A DNA stretch of 39,188 bases from contig JAAYJY010000176.1 of the NCBI GenBank assembly GCA_012522705.1, forward strand, positions 1 to 39,188. The letters are read 5' to 3'. The notes beneath the pieces are model-generated. The model had not been told where the DNA came from, did no database searches, and was given only the letters and a program-made list of their open reading frames with translations. The position numbers were made by a program, and so were the translations under genes. Position 1 is the first letter of the stretch. The number at the start of each line of letters is the position of its first letter. Shown in pieces: positions 1-10,080 of the stretch. Origin of the DNA: Syntrophomonadaceae bacterium (GTDB lineage: Bacteria; Bacillota; Syntrophomonadia; Syntrophomonadales; Syntrophomonadaceae).

Positions 1-25
1 ATTTTAATGTTTAAGGGGTGTGACG

Positions 26-1258
26 ATGGATTTCTTCTTCGCCATCCTTAAGGAAATGGGGCGGGTGCTGGTGAATAACCTGACATCCCCCTCTTTTCTA
101 TTTCTGTATCTCCTTCTTTTTGGATTGGTAGCTCTGCAGTACCGGAGGCTGCAAACTACCTCCGCATCCATGCTGCCCTGCAGCCAAAACATCTATATGC
201 GCACCGCCTTGGTATCCACGTTGTTGGGCTTGGGGGGCGGTTTAGCTGGCAGCCTGGTGCTAATCTTGTTGGGGGTGGACCTGACCGACATTGCCGTGGG
301 ACAGATGTGGTTGACAGCCTTCCTCTTGATGCTTATTAAACCTCGGTTTTTGTGTTTCGCTTACGCGGCAGGGGTGATCAGTGCGGCTAGTCTGATGACA
401 GGATATCCGACCGTCAATATACCCCAATTGATGGCTTTGGTGGGAGCGTTGCATCTGGTTGAGAGCCTGTTGATTTTCATCAGCGGTTCAATAAGCTCAT
501 GGCCGGTCTATATAAATAAAAATGGGAGGATGCGGGGTGGTTTTAATCTGCAGCAATTTTGGCCGATACCCTTGGTGGCGTTGATAACAGTAGGGGTAAT
601 CGAACCCCGGGGAGCAATTATGACCCCGGAGTGGTGGCCCTTGCTGCGAGAGGGGACCAGCCTCGGCACGAGTCACACCTATATCTTGATACCGGTCCTG
701 GCCATACTGGGCTATGGGGAGATAACCACCACCAATTCACCGGCCCAAGCTGTGCGAAAATCTTCCCGGCATTTGCTCATTTACAGCATCGGGCTTATTG
801 TATTGGCGGTGCTGTCATCACGTTATAGCCTGCTGTTGCCCTTGATAGCACTATACAGTCCCCTCGGGCATGAAATGGTTATATGGATAGGTATGAAATC
901 GGAAAACCGGCCGGCTTTGTTCACATCTCCGCCCCAAGGAGTGATGATCCTGGACGTAGTGCCGGGGACTCCGGCTCATGCTCAGGGGTTGCGTTCGCGC
1001 GACATACTCCTGACCGCGGGCGGGGAACCCGTCAATAGTTATCAAGAGCTTCTCAACATATCCGGTCAGTCGGGGAAGACCCTGCTGCTGGAAGTGTCAC
1101 GCCACCGGCAACAATTCTCGCGGCGCTTGAAATTAAGGGAAGATAAAGCTATCGGGATCATACCCGTTCCGGATGACGGGACCCAGCGGTATTTGTGCCT
1201 CGCCGATGATGGGATTTTCGCCGTGGTAGCCCGCCTATGGCATAAAATCAAGCATTAG
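26..1258 (+). CDS. Polytopic membrane protein with C-terminal PDZ domain (function unknown)
   Basis: ORF 20..1258. The ATG at 26 lies 7 nt after AAGGGG. Many hydrophobic helices are followed by a PDZ-like segment (GVMILDVVPGTPAHAQGLRSRDILLTAGGEPVNS). Stop codon is TAG. Confidence 0.7.
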   Translation: MDFFFAILKEMGRVLVNNLTSPSFLFLYLLLFGLVALQYRRLQTTSASMLPCSQNIYMRTALVSTLLGLGGGLAGSLVLILLGVDLTDIAVGQMWLTAFLLMLIKPRFLCFAYAAGVISAASLMTGYPTVNIPQLMALVGALHLVESLLIFISGSISSWPVYINKNGRMRGGFNLQQFWPIPLVALITVGVIEPRGAIMTPEWWPLLREGTSLGTSHTYILIPVLAILGYGEITTTNSPAQAVRKSSRHLLIYSIGLIVLAVLSSRYSLLLPLIALYSPLGHEMVIWIGMKSENRPALFTSPPQGVMILDVVPGTPAHAQGLRSRDILLTAGGEPVNSYQELLNISGQSGKTLLLEVSRHRQQFSRRLKLREDKAIGIIPVPDDGTQRYLCLADDGIFAVVARLWHKIKH

Positions 1259-1311
1259 CGGTTCACCTCCAAACGGCACTTCGAATATATTAGAAGAAAA
1301 TTGGTGAAGAG

Positions 1312-2388
1312 GTGGCCGTTTTGGGCAAACGGGGGAACACCCGCTACAGTTTTGTCAGCAGTTTTACCAACCTGGGATTTAGAACCTTTGTCCCCGATCT
1401 AATAGATGGGATTAGGAAAGTATTCATTCTAAAGGGAGCACCGGGAACAGGCAAATCGACATTCATCCGTCTGGTTGGCGAAGCCCTGTCTGAACAAGGG
1501 TATGACATAGAATACTGGGTTTCATCCCTGGACCCGGTAACGCCGGACGGAGTATATATCCCCCAACTGGATGCGGCGGTTATCAACGGCAGTCTGAAAA
1601 TTCCGGTGGACCCTCAATACCCACAGATCCGGGAGATCATGATCAATCTGGGTGAATACAGTGAGGGCATTGCAGCGGGGGATTCCCGGACCGTCATTGA
1701 ACTGCTGGACTGTATAAAGGCATCACAGGAGCAGACAATTCGCTTTGTACAGGCAATCACCGAGGCCAGACAAGTGATTCGGCATTTCAACAACTCCCAC
1801 CTGGATATGGCAGCCATCCAGGCGCTTATCAATGAAATATGCGGACGGATCATGGATCACCGTACAGCGGAGAGACACTATTTTGCTCGTACCATAACCC
1901 CTGATGGTATGGCTGACTATATAGATGACTTGAGCCGCGAATGTCAAAAACGGTATATATTTAAAGGTGGCCCGGGAAGCGGCGGATCGATCATTATTGC
2001 TCATCTGATAAAACAGGCTCGGCAGAAGGGCTACGCGTTGGAATACTACCATTGCGGCATGGAGTATGATCAATTGGTGATGGTTATAATCCGCAGCCTG
2101 CAAGTGGCTCTTATTGAGACTGACAAGGTAGATATAGAGTTCCGCCAGGGTGACAAGGTGGTGGATATGCAGAAGTTCCTGGACATAGACAACGGCGATC
2201 CGTTCTGCCTTAATAGCAGCGAAACCGGCCGGCGCTGCGAAACCTTGCTTCTCCAAGCCCAGCAGGAGTTGGTCAATGTGCAGAAGCAAACGCGGCTGGT
2301 GAAAAAGTACTATTGTGAAGCCATGGATTTCGAGAGGCTGGACCAGAAACGGGCCGAGGTCATCAAGGATATCCTGAAATCAGGATAA
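1312..2388 (+). CDS. P-loop NTPase with a duplicated nucleotide-binding fold
   Basis: ORF 1312..2388 with a GTG start. The first Walker A is intact (LKGAPGTGKST). The second repeat has a degenerate P-loop lacking the Lys (FKGGPGSGGS). Both halves are followed by a similar GY(D/A)(I/L)EY(W/Y) segment. Confidence 0.6.
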   Translation: MAVLGKRGNTRYSFVSSFTNLGFRTFVPDLIDGIRKVFILKGAPGTGKSTFIRLVGEALSEQGYDIEYWVSSLDPVTPDGVYIPQLDAAVINGSLKIPVDPQYPQIREIMINLGEYSEGIAAGDSRTVIELLDCIKASQEQTIRFVQAITEARQVIRHFNNSHLDMAAIQALINEICGRIMDHRTAERHYFARTITPDGMADYIDDLSRECQKRYIFKGGPGSGGSIIIAHLIKQARQKGYALEYYHCGMEYDQLVMVIIRSLQVALIETDKVDIEFRQGDKVVDMQKFLDIDNGDPFCLNSSETGRRCETLLLQAQQELVNVQKQTRLVKKYYCEAMDFERLDQKRAEVIKDILKSG

Positions 2389-2633
2389 TTGGAGTAGGTG
2401 ACCATTTTACTCGGCGGTATGCTATAAGCGGATGATGCCCGCAGCAAAATGCAGTCGCCAAATGCAGCTGCCAAATATGACCAGACCAGTTATATTACCC
2501 GTATTTCAACGGATCACGTTCATCGGCGAGACAGGTTAGTGCTGGTCGACAATGTGAGGCTAAGGGGGAAACGGTTTTTTTGTTGTACCTATAGTATAAT
2601 AAGCTGATATCCTCAAAAATATAAGGAGCCGCC

Positions 2634-4625
2634 ATGCAGGAATTCAGAATAAATTCGGATTATGTACCCACTGGTGATCAACCCGGGGCTATCAGGCAGC
2701 TGGTAGAGGGGCTGCGGCTGGACTACCGGGACATGACCTTGTTGGGGGTGACCGGTTCGGGCAAGACCTTTACCATGGCTCAGGTTATCCAAGCGGTGCA
2801 GCGGCCCACCCTGGTCATGGCACCTAATAAAACCCTGGCCGGGCAGTTGTTCTCGGAATTCAGGCAGTTTTTTCCCGACAATGCGGTAGAGTACTTTATC
2901 AGCTATTATGATTATTACCAGCCGGAAGCCTATGTTCCCCATACCGATACTTATATCGAAAAGGACTCATCCATAAACGATGAAATAGATAAGTTCCGTC
3001 ATTCTGCCACCGCCTCCTTGTTGGAGAGGCGGGATGTAATCATCATCGCCAGTGTTTCCTGCATATATGGTTTGGGAGCACCGCAGGACTACTATGAAAT
3101 GGCGATTTCCCTGCGTCCAGGCGCCCAGTTGTCTCGGGAGCGGCTCTTGCACCAGCTGGTGGAAAACCATTACGAACGCAATGATACTACCTTCTTCAGA
3201 GGTAATTTCCGGGCTCGGGGGGATGTGGTGGAGATATTCCCGGCCTCCTCATGGGACAAGGCCCTGCGGGTAGAGTTTTTCGGCGATGAGATCGAGCGCA
3301 TCCTGGAGTATAAGCCAATAACCGGGGAGGTCCTGGGCAAACAGCTGCATGCCATGGTATTTCCAGCCTCCCATTTCGTGACCACCCGCGACAATATGCT
3401 GGCGGCGGCGGAGGAGATTGAGTCTGAACTAGCCGTGCAGGTAGAGAAGTTCCAAAAGGAAGGCAAACTGCTGGAAGCGCAGCGCATCGCCCAGCGGACC
3501 AGGTACGATCTGGAGATGATTAAAGAAATCGGCTATTGCAAGGGGATAGAGAACTATTCCCGTTATATCACCGGGCGCCAAGCGGGGGAACCGCCCTATA
3601 CCCTGATCGACTTCTTCCCCGAGGACTACTTGCTGTTCATGGATGAATCGCATATCTCGGTACCCCAGGTCAGGGGTATGTATGCAGGCGACCGTTCCCG
3701 CAAGGAAAACCTGGTCGAATATGGCTTCCGGCTTCCCTCGGCTCTGGACAACCGGCCTCTGACTTTCCAGGAATTCGACCAAAGAATAGACAACGTTATT
3801 TATGTTAGCGCCACCCCTGGAGATTATGAACTGGAGAAGAGCAGGCTGGTGGCAGACCAGGTGATTCGCCCTACCGGATTGCTGGATCCGGAGATAGAAG
3901 TGCGACCTACCCTCAACCAGATCGACGACTTAATGGCTGAGATCCAGGTCCAGGTGGAAAAGGGCTACCGGGTGTTGGTTACCACTCTGACCAAGCGCAT
4001 GGCCGAGGACCTCACCGATTACCTGGCCGTGAACGGGATGAAGGTGCAATACATGCACTCGGAAGTGGAAGCCCTGGAGCGCATGGAGATATTAAGAGAG
4101 CTGCGCAGTGGCGTGTTCGATGTGCTGGTGGGAATAAACCTGTTGCGGGAGGGACTGGACCTGCCCGAGGTTTCACTGGTAGCAATTCTGGACGCGGATA
4201 AGGAAGGTTTTCTGCGGTCGGGACGGTCTCTGATCCAGACTGCCGGCCGGGCCGCCCGGAATGTGGACGGCAAAGTGGTCATGTACGCCGACCGGGTGAC
4301 ACCTTCGATGCAGCAGGCCATTGACGAAACCAATCGCCGGCGGGAGAAGCAGTCGGCCCATAACCTGGCCCATGGTATAACCCCGGAGTCCATAAAAAAG
4401 GCGGTGTTTGCAGCCATTGAAGCCACAGTCCAGGAAGAACCGGTGGAATACCAGCCCGCTTTTTTTGAAGGTTTGAGCAAGAATGAGAGAAACCGCTTGG
4501 CTGCCGAGATGGAGATTGAGATGCGCAAAGCGGCTGAAGCCCTGGAATTTGAAAGGGCGGCCCAACTCCGGGATATGATCAGGGAACTGAATCTGCCTCT
4601 CAAAAAGAAGCGTAAGAAGAGATAG
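2634..4625 (+). CDS. uvrB: Excinuclease ABC subunit B
   Basis: 663-aa ORF with an AAGGAG RBS. Walker A is [10 protein letters not shown]. It also has the helicase motif DESH and a C-terminal UVR domain ([13 protein letters not shown]). Confidence 0.97.
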   Translation: MQEFRINSDYVPTGDQPGAIRQLVEGLRLDYRDMTLLGVTGSGKTFTMAQVIQAVQRPTLVMAPNKTLAGQLFSEFRQFFPDNAVEYFISYYDYYQPEAYVPHTDTYIEKDSSINDEIDKFRHSATASLLERRDVIIIASVSCIYGLGAPQDYYEMAISLRPGAQLSRERLLHQLVENHYERNDTTFFRGNFRARGDVVEIFPASSWDKALRVEFFGDEIERILEYKPITGEVLGKQLHAMVFPASHFVTTRDNMLAAAEEIESELAVQVEKFQKEGKLLEAQRIAQRTRYDLEMIKEIGYCKGIENYSRYITGRQAGEPPYTLIDFFPEDYLLFMDESHISVPQVRGMYAGDRSRKENLVEYGFRLPSALDNRPLTFQEFDQRIDNVIYVSATPGDYELEKSRLVADQVIRPTGLLDPEIEVRPTLNQIDDLMAEIQVQVEKGYRVLVTTLTKRMAEDLTDYLAVNGMKVQYMHSEVEALERMEILRELRSGVFDVLVGINLLREGLDLPEVSLVAILDADKEGFLRSGRSLIQTAGRAARNVDGKVVMYADRVTPSMQQAIDETNRRREKQSAHNLAHGITPESIKKAVFAAIEATVQEEPVEYQPAFFEGLSKNERNRLAAEMEIEMRKAAEALEFERAAQLRDMIRELNLPLKKKRKKR

Positions 4626-4646
4626 GCATATGAAGGTAAGAGCGAG

Positions 4647-7493
4647 ATGAAAGACTACATTTATATAAGAGGTGCCCGCGAGCACAACCTCAAGAATATT
4701 GACGTCACCATACCCCGGGATAAGTTGGTGGTATTTACCGGCATATCCGGTTCAGGCAAGTCAAGCCTAGCCTTCGATACCATATACAGCGAGGGGCAAA
4801 GACGTTACGTGGAATCCCTGTCCACTTATGCGCGCCAGTTTTTGGGGCAGATGGACAAACCGGATGTCGATCATATCGAGGGACTCTCCCCCTCCATATC
4901 CATCGACCAGAAGACGACTTCCCATAATCCCCGCTCTACAGTGGGTACCGTCACTGAGATCTATGACTATATCCGATTGCTGTTTGCCCGGGTGGGGCGA
5001 CCGCATTGTCCTTACTGTCATAAACCGATCCGCCGCCAGACGGTGGATGAGGTAGTGGATGCGGTACAGGCTCTGCCGGAGGGCAGTCGCATCAAGGTCC
5101 TGGCCCCCATCATCAAAAGACAGAAAGGGGAGCATCGCAAGCTAATTCAGAGACTGTTCAAAGATGGATTCACGCGGATAATCGTCGACGAACTCGAATA
5201 CACAGCCGATGAAGGCATCGAACTGGAGAAGAACAAGAAACATGACATAAGCGCGGTAATCGATCGCCTGGTGATAAGGGAAGGCATTCGCAGCCGCCTG
5301 GCGGAATCGCTGGAACTGGCTTTCCACTTGGGCGAGGGGTTGGTGGTGATCAGACTCCTGGCGGATGAAGGGGAGGAGCAGGATATGCTGTTCAGCCGTG
5401 AATTTGCCTGTGCCGATTGTGGTTTCAGCCTGCCCGAACTGAGCCCGCGCATGTTTTCCTTCAACAGTCCTTTTGGGGCCTGCCCCGAATGCAACGGCTT
5501 GGGGGAGAGAAGGGAAATGGATCCGGATCTGGTCCTGGACCTGGACCTCTCTCTGGAGGAAGGGGCCATCATCCCCTGGTCGCTTAACTCCCATAATTAT
5601 TATCGCCAGTTGGTGCTGGGCATGAGTGAGAAGTACGGAATCCCCATGGACAAGCCACTAAGCACGATGAGTCCCAGCCAGCTGGAGCTGATACTATATG
5701 GCAACAAAGGTGAGCAATTCAAGATCACCTATACCAATTCCTATGGCGAGACCGGCACTTACTATACCCGTTTTGAGGGAGTTATCAATGCCCTGAAAAG
5801 GCGCCACCAGGAGACCAAGTCCGATGTGGCCCGGGAAGAAATGGAGAAGTTCATGACCATCAGTCTTTGCCCCGCTTGCTTGGGCCAGAGGCTGCGGCCG
5901 GAGATCCTGGCGGTGCTGTTGGGAGGCAAAACCATCGCCGAGGTGACCGCCATGGCCGTGTATGAGACCATGGAGTTCATGACCCACCTGGACCTGGACC
6001 AGCGGGAAGCATTGATCGCCCGCCAGGTAATCAAGGAGATCACGGAGCGATTGAGATTCCTGATCGATGTAGGATTGAACTATTTAACCCTGGACCGTCC
6101 TGCCGGCAGCCTGTCAGGAGGGGAGGCCCAGCGCATCCGGTTAGCCACCCAGGTTGGCTCCAGCCTGGTAGGGGTGCTGTACGTGTTGGATGAACCCAGT
6201 ATCGGCCTGCATCCCCGGGATAACATCCGGTTGCTGGAGACCCTGAAGAGTCTGCGGGATTTAGGCAATACGGTAATAGTGGTGGAGCACGACGAGGAGA
6301 CCATCCGTTATGCTGATTATATAGTAGATATAGGGCCGGGGGCAGGTATCCATGGAGGGCATGTTGTGGCGACGGGGTCGGTGCAGGACCTGATGCAGTC
6401 ACCCGGTTCCATAACCGGGCAATACCTGGCCGGTATCCGTACCATTGCGGTTCCCCCGCAGCGGCGGGGAGGCAGCGGGCAACAACTGGTGATCAAGGGT
6501 GCCCGGGAGCACAATCTAAAGGATCTAACCGTCCGCATCCCCTTGGGCAAGATGGTAGTTATCACCGGGGTATCTGGCTCGGGCAAGAGCACCCTGGTGG
6601 AAGATATCCTCTATCCGGCCCTGATGAAAAAGATATACAACAGCCGGTATCGGGTGGGCGTCCATGATTCTATAGAAGGAATGATGTACCTGGACAAGGT
6701 CATCAATATTGACCAGTCGCCCATCGGCCGAACACCCAGATCCAATCCGGCCACCTATACCGGTACCTTCGACAGCATCCGGGAGTTGTTCGCGGAGACA
6801 GCGGAAGCCAGGGTCCGAGGCTATAAGCCGGGGCGCTTCAGCTTCAATGTGCGGGGCGGCCGCTGCGAAGCGTGTGCCGGCGACGGTATCATCAAGATTG
6901 AGATGCATTTCCTGCCCGATGTATACATTCCTTGTGAGGTGTGCAAAGGTAAAAGGTACAACCGGGAGACCCTGGAAGTCAAGTATAAGGGCAAGAACAT
7001 AGCCGACGTTCTGGCCATGACCGTGGATGAGAGCGTTGAATTCTTCGAGAGCATCCCCCGGATTGGGCGCAAGCTCAAGGTGCTGCAGGACGTGGGCCTG
7101 GGATATGTCCAACTGGGGCAGCCGGCCCCTACCTTGTCGGGGGGAGAGGCGCAGCGGGTAAAGCTTTCCACTGAATTGTCCAAACGTTCGCTGGGACGCA
7201 ATCTTTATATACTGGATGAGCCTACCACCGGGCTTCACCGGGAAGACGTCAAACACCTGCTGGGTGTTTTAGAACGGTTGGTGGATGCCGGCAACTCAGT
7301 CATCGTTATCGAGCATAACCTGGATGTGATTAAATCCGCTGACCACATCATCGACTTGGGACCGGAAGGCGGAGAAGAAGGAGGCCGCGTCATCGCCGAG
7401 GGCACGCCGGAGGAGGTGGCCCGCTGTCCGGATTCCTACACCGGACAATATCTTCGGACCATATTGGATGACAATCGTGGGAAAAGCAATTAA
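4647..7493 (+). CDS. uvrA: Excinuclease ABC subunit A
   Basis: 948-aa ORF with two ABC modules ([14 protein letters not shown] and [11 protein letters not shown]) and two LSGGEAQR signatures. Zn-finger Cys pairs are present (CPYC, CADCG, CPEC, CEAC). Confidence 0.97.
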   Translation: MKDYIYIRGAREHNLKNIDVTIPRDKLVVFTGISGSGKSSLAFDTIYSEGQRRYVESLSTYARQFLGQMDKPDVDHIEGLSPSISIDQKTTSHNPRSTVGTVTEIYDYIRLLFARVGRPHCPYCHKPIRRQTVDEVVDAVQALPEGSRIKVLAPIIKRQKGEHRKLIQRLFKDGFTRIIVDELEYTADEGIELEKNKKHDISAVIDRLVIREGIRSRLAESLELAFHLGEGLVVIRLLADEGEEQDMLFSREFACADCGFSLPELSPRMFSFNSPFGACPECNGLGERREMDPDLVLDLDLSLEEGAIIPWSLNSHNYYRQLVLGMSEKYGIPMDKPLSTMSPSQLELILYGNKGEQFKITYTNSYGETGTYYTRFEGVINALKRRHQETKSDVAREEMEKFMTISLCPACLGQRLRPEILAVLLGGKTIAEVTAMAVYETMEFMTHLDLDQREALIARQVIKEITERLRFLIDVGLNYLTLDRPAGSLSGGEAQRIRLATQVGSSLVGVLYVLDEPSIGLHPRDNIRLLETLKSLRDLGNTVIVVEHDEETIRYADYIVDIGPGAGIHGGHVVATGSVQDLMQSPGSITGQYLAGIRTIAVPPQRRGGSGQQLVIKGAREHNLKDLTVRIPLGKMVVITGVSGSGKSTLVEDILYPALMKKIYNSRYRVGVHDSIEGMMYLDKVINIDQSPIGRTPRSNPATYTGTFDSIRELFAETAEARVRGYKPGRFSFNVRGGRCEACAGDGIIKIEMHFLPDVYIPCEVCKGKRYNRETLEVKYKGKNIADVLAMTVDESVEFFESIPRIGRKLKVLQDVGLGYVQLGQPAPTLSGGEAQRVKLSTELSKRSLGRNLYILDEPTTGLHREDVKHLLGVLERLVDAGNSVIVIEHNLDVIKSADHIIDLGPEGGEEGGRVIAEGTPEEVARCPDSYTGQYLRTILDDNRGKSN

Positions 7494-7539
7494 TGGATTT
7501 GCTTTGTTTATACAATCAAGTCACTATCAACTATTGAGT

Positions 7540-7580
7540 GTCACTCTGAACGCAGTGAAGAGTCTAGCGAGAAGCATCCC
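7540..7580 (+). repeat. Small hairpin repeat element, copy 1 (GTCACTCTGAACGCAGTGAAGAGTCTAGCGAGAAGCAT)
   Basis: 5-bp stem ACTCT/AGAGT (7543-7547 with 7559-7563). About 40 nt are similar to the copy at 32962. It lies in the uvrA 3' UTR, upstream of the terminator. Confidence 0.45.
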
Positions 7581-7654
7581 TAAGATATACTGTATGCATA
7601 GGTAGGCAATAAGGGTGGCCCAGCGGAGATGTATCTTAGCAAATCCTGCCGAAT

Positions 7655-7698
7655 GGGAGGTTGGACCGCATTCTGGCGGGCAACCTCCCAACTTTTTC
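7655..7698 (+). terminator. Rho-independent terminator of uvrA
   Basis: 9-bp GC-rich stem GGGAGGTTG (7655-7663) pairs with CAACCTCCC (7681-7689). It is followed by AACTTTTTC. Confidence 0.65.
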
Positions 7699-7723
7699 AC
7701 TCCTGTCGGCACTTCGCAAATCT

Positions 7724-7731
7724 TGTATAAT
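7724..7731 (+). promoter_or_regulatory. Extended -10 promoter element (TGTATAAT) for the redox operon
   Basis: TGnTATAAT match about 35 nt upstream of the ATG at 7766. The RBS GGGAGGGG lies at 7751-7758. The -35 element is weak. Confidence 0.4.
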
Positions 7732-7765
7732 AGATTAATGAAATAGGCAAGGGAGGGGCAGTAGA

Positions 7766-8311
7766 ATGTCCTGTAGTTGTCAAACAGAGGAAAAAGCGGC
7801 CATCCAGAGAGTCAGCACCGAGACGCAAATATCTGCTCTGGAGGAATTGATCAATAGATACAAAGGCGTAGAAGGGAGCCTGATATCAGTCCTGCAAGGT
7901 ATCCAGGAGATGTATGGATATCTGCCCCGGCCGGTGCTGGAATACATTGCGAAGCGGTTGGACATAAAAAAGGCCCGCATATATGGAGTGGCTACCTTTT
8001 ATGCCCAGTTCCGGCTGACCCCGGTGGGCAAGCACCTGATCCTGCTGTGCCAGGGGACCGCCTGCCATGTCAACGGAGCTGATAAAATAGAGGCCGCCCT
8101 GTGTGACGAACTCGGGGTGGAGATGGGCGGAACCACCGAGAACCGGTTATTCACCCTAACCGAGGCCGCCTGTTTGGGCTGCTGCAGCTTGGCCCCGGTG
8201 ATGATGATCGACGGGCAGGCCTATGGGCCGCTGACCCCGGACCAGGCCCGTAAGGTCATCAGGGGAATACTTAAACAAGAAGAACAGTCTCGGGAAGAGG
8301 TGGGAGCATGA
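7766..8311 (+). CDS. NuoE/HydC-like [2Fe-2S] thioredoxin-fold subunit
   Basis: 181-aa ORF with the Cys pattern CQGTACH ... CLGCCSLAPVMMI typical of NuoE-family proteins. Its stop overlaps the next start (ATGA). Confidence 0.85.
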   Translation: MSCSCQTEEKAAIQRVSTETQISALEELINRYKGVEGSLISVLQGIQEMYGYLPRPVLEYIAKRLDIKKARIYGVATFYAQFRLTPVGKHLILLCQGTACHVNGADKIEAALCDELGVEMGGTTENRLFTLTEAACLGCCSLAPVMMIDGQAYGPLTPDQARKVIRGILKQEEQSREEVGA

Positions 8312-10068
8312 TCGTGAGGATAGGCTTAAGCAGTTGCGGCATCGCCGCCGGAGGCCTGCTGGTAAAAGAAGCCCTGGCCTTTGCTTTTGAAGAGGAGGGG
8401 CTGGGCTGGGAACTGCAGCAAACCGGATGCATCGGCATGTGCCATTACGAGCCCCTGGTGGATGTCATCCACCAGGATGGCAGCATCAATACCTATGGCA
8501 ATGTGACCGTGGATACCGCCCGGGAGATAGTGGTGGCCGAGATGAGCGGCGCAGCGTTGGAGAAATACCGCATCGCCACCGACCGGGAGCCTAATGACTG
8601 CCTGGCCGGGCAGGTCCGCATAGCCCTGCGCAACTGCGGCATCATCGATCCTGAATCCATCCGGGACTATACCGATAGAGGAGGGTACCAGGCCCTTCAA
8701 AAAGCCCTTACCCGGATGACCCCCCAGCAGGTAATCGAGGAAATCAAGATCTCCGGTTTGAAAGGGCGCGGGGGGGCCGGCTTTCCCACCTGGTTCAAGT
8801 GGAATGCCACCCGGCAGGAACCGGGAGACATCAAATACCTGATATGCAACGCCGATGAAGGAGACCCGGGCGCATTCATGGACCGCAGTCTGCTGGAGGG
8901 AGACCCCCATGCAGTGCTGGAAGGGATGATTATTGCCGGCTATGCAATCGAGGCCACTAGTGGTATCGTCTATGGCCGGGCCGAATACCCCCTGGCCATC
9001 AAAAGACTGGGCAAAGCCATCGGACAGGCCCGGGCCCAAGGCATGCTGGGCAACAAAATCATGGGCAGTAAATTCTCCTTTGACATATCCATCAAGCAGG
9101 GAGCGGGAGCCTTCGTATGCGGAGAAGAAACCGCCCTTATCGCCTCCCTGGAAGGAGAGCGAGGCATGCCCCGGCTCAAACCCCCCTTCCCCTCCCAGCG
9201 AGGCTACTGGGATAAACCCACTAACATCAACAACGTCGAGACCCTGGCCAATGTACCCTGGATAATCGCCAACGGGGGAGAGTCCTTTGCCGCCATGGGC
9301 ACCGCAGACAGCAAAGGCACCAAAGTGTTTGCCCTGGCCGGTCGCATCAAACGGGGCGGACTGGTGGAAGTCCCCATGGGCATGCCCCTGCGGGAGATCA
9401 TTTATGGGCCCGGCGGGGGGATCAAGGACGACAAAAGATTCAAAGCCGTGCAGTTGGGCGGACCTTCCGGGGGCTGCATACCCGAAGCCCTGCTGGACAC
9501 CCCGGTGGACTACCAATCCATAAAAAACACCGGCGCCATCATGGGCTCCGGAGGCATGGTGGTGATGGACGAAACCACGTGCATGGTGGACCTGGCCCGC
9601 TATTTCTTGAACTTCACCCAGGACGAATCCTGCGGCAAATGCGTACCCTGCCGGATCGGCACCAAGCGCATGCTGGAGATCATGGAGCGATTGTGCGCCG
9701 GAGAAGGCCAACCAGGAGACATAGAACTGCTGGAGATGCTGGGACAGCAGATAATGGAAGGCTCCCTGTGCGGACTGGGCAACAGCGCCCCCAATCCGGT
9801 GTTGACCACCATCAGGTATTTCCGGGAGGAATATGAAACCCATATTCATGACAAAAAATGCCCCGCCAAACAATGCAAGGCCCTGATCACATACCATATC
9901 GAAGCCGACAAATGCAAGGGCTGCACCCTGTGTGCCAAGAAATGCCCGGTCAATTGCATCAGCGGGGAAGCCAAAAAACCCCATGTCATAGACCAGAATC
10001 TGTGCACCAAATGCGGCACCTGCCTGGAAGTATGCCCTTCCAAGTGGAGTGCGGTAAGCGTGAGCTAG
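8308..10068 (+). CDS. NuoF/HydB-like NAD(H)- and FMN-binding Fe-S subunit
   Basis: 586-aa ORF. It has GRGGAGFPTWFKW (FMN/NADH site) and ESCGKCVPCRIG ([4Fe-4S]). Two C-terminal ferredoxin motifs are present (CKGCTLCAKKCP, CTKCGTCLEVCP). Confidence 0.9.
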   Translation: MIVRIGLSSCGIAAGGLLVKEALAFAFEEEGLGWELQQTGCIGMCHYEPLVDVIHQDGSINTYGNVTVDTAREIVVAEMSGAALEKYRIATDREPNDCLAGQVRIALRNCGIIDPESIRDYTDRGGYQALQKALTRMTPQQVIEEIKISGLKGRGGAGFPTWFKWNATRQEPGDIKYLICNADEGDPGAFMDRSLLEGDPHAVLEGMIIAGYAIEATSGIVYGRAEYPLAIKRLGKAIGQARAQGMLGNKIMGSKFSFDISIKQGAGAFVCGEETALIASLEGERGMPRLKPPFPSQRGYWDKPTNINNVETLANVPWIIANGGESFAAMGTADSKGTKVFALAGRIKRGGLVEVPMGMPLREIIYGPGGGIKDDKRFKAVQLGGPSGGCIPEALLDTPVDYQSIKNTGAIMGSGGMVVMDETTCMVDLARYFLNFTQDESCGKCVPCRIGTKRMLEIMERLCAGEGQPGDIELLEMLGQQIMEGSLCGLGNSAPNPVLTTIRYFREEYETHIHDKKCPAKQCKALITYHIEADKCKGCTLCAKKCPVNCISGEAKKPHVIDQNLCTKCGTCLEVCPSKWSAVSVS

Positions 10069-10080
10069 GGGGACAAATCC

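Noticed and set aside
2389-2633. LexA (Cheo) box upstream of uvrB; also checked upstream of uvrA, uvrC and dinD
   Set aside because: No GAAC-N4-GTTC match was found. The only palindrome is AACG-N5-CGTT (around 2511-2523), which does not fit the Firmicute SOS-box consensus.
7527-7712. 61-aa minus-strand ORF in the uvrA-nuoE spacer
   Set aside because: It spans the hairpin repeat and the uvrA terminator. Its ..AFRVTLNS end is the translated repeat element, so it is regarded as spurious.
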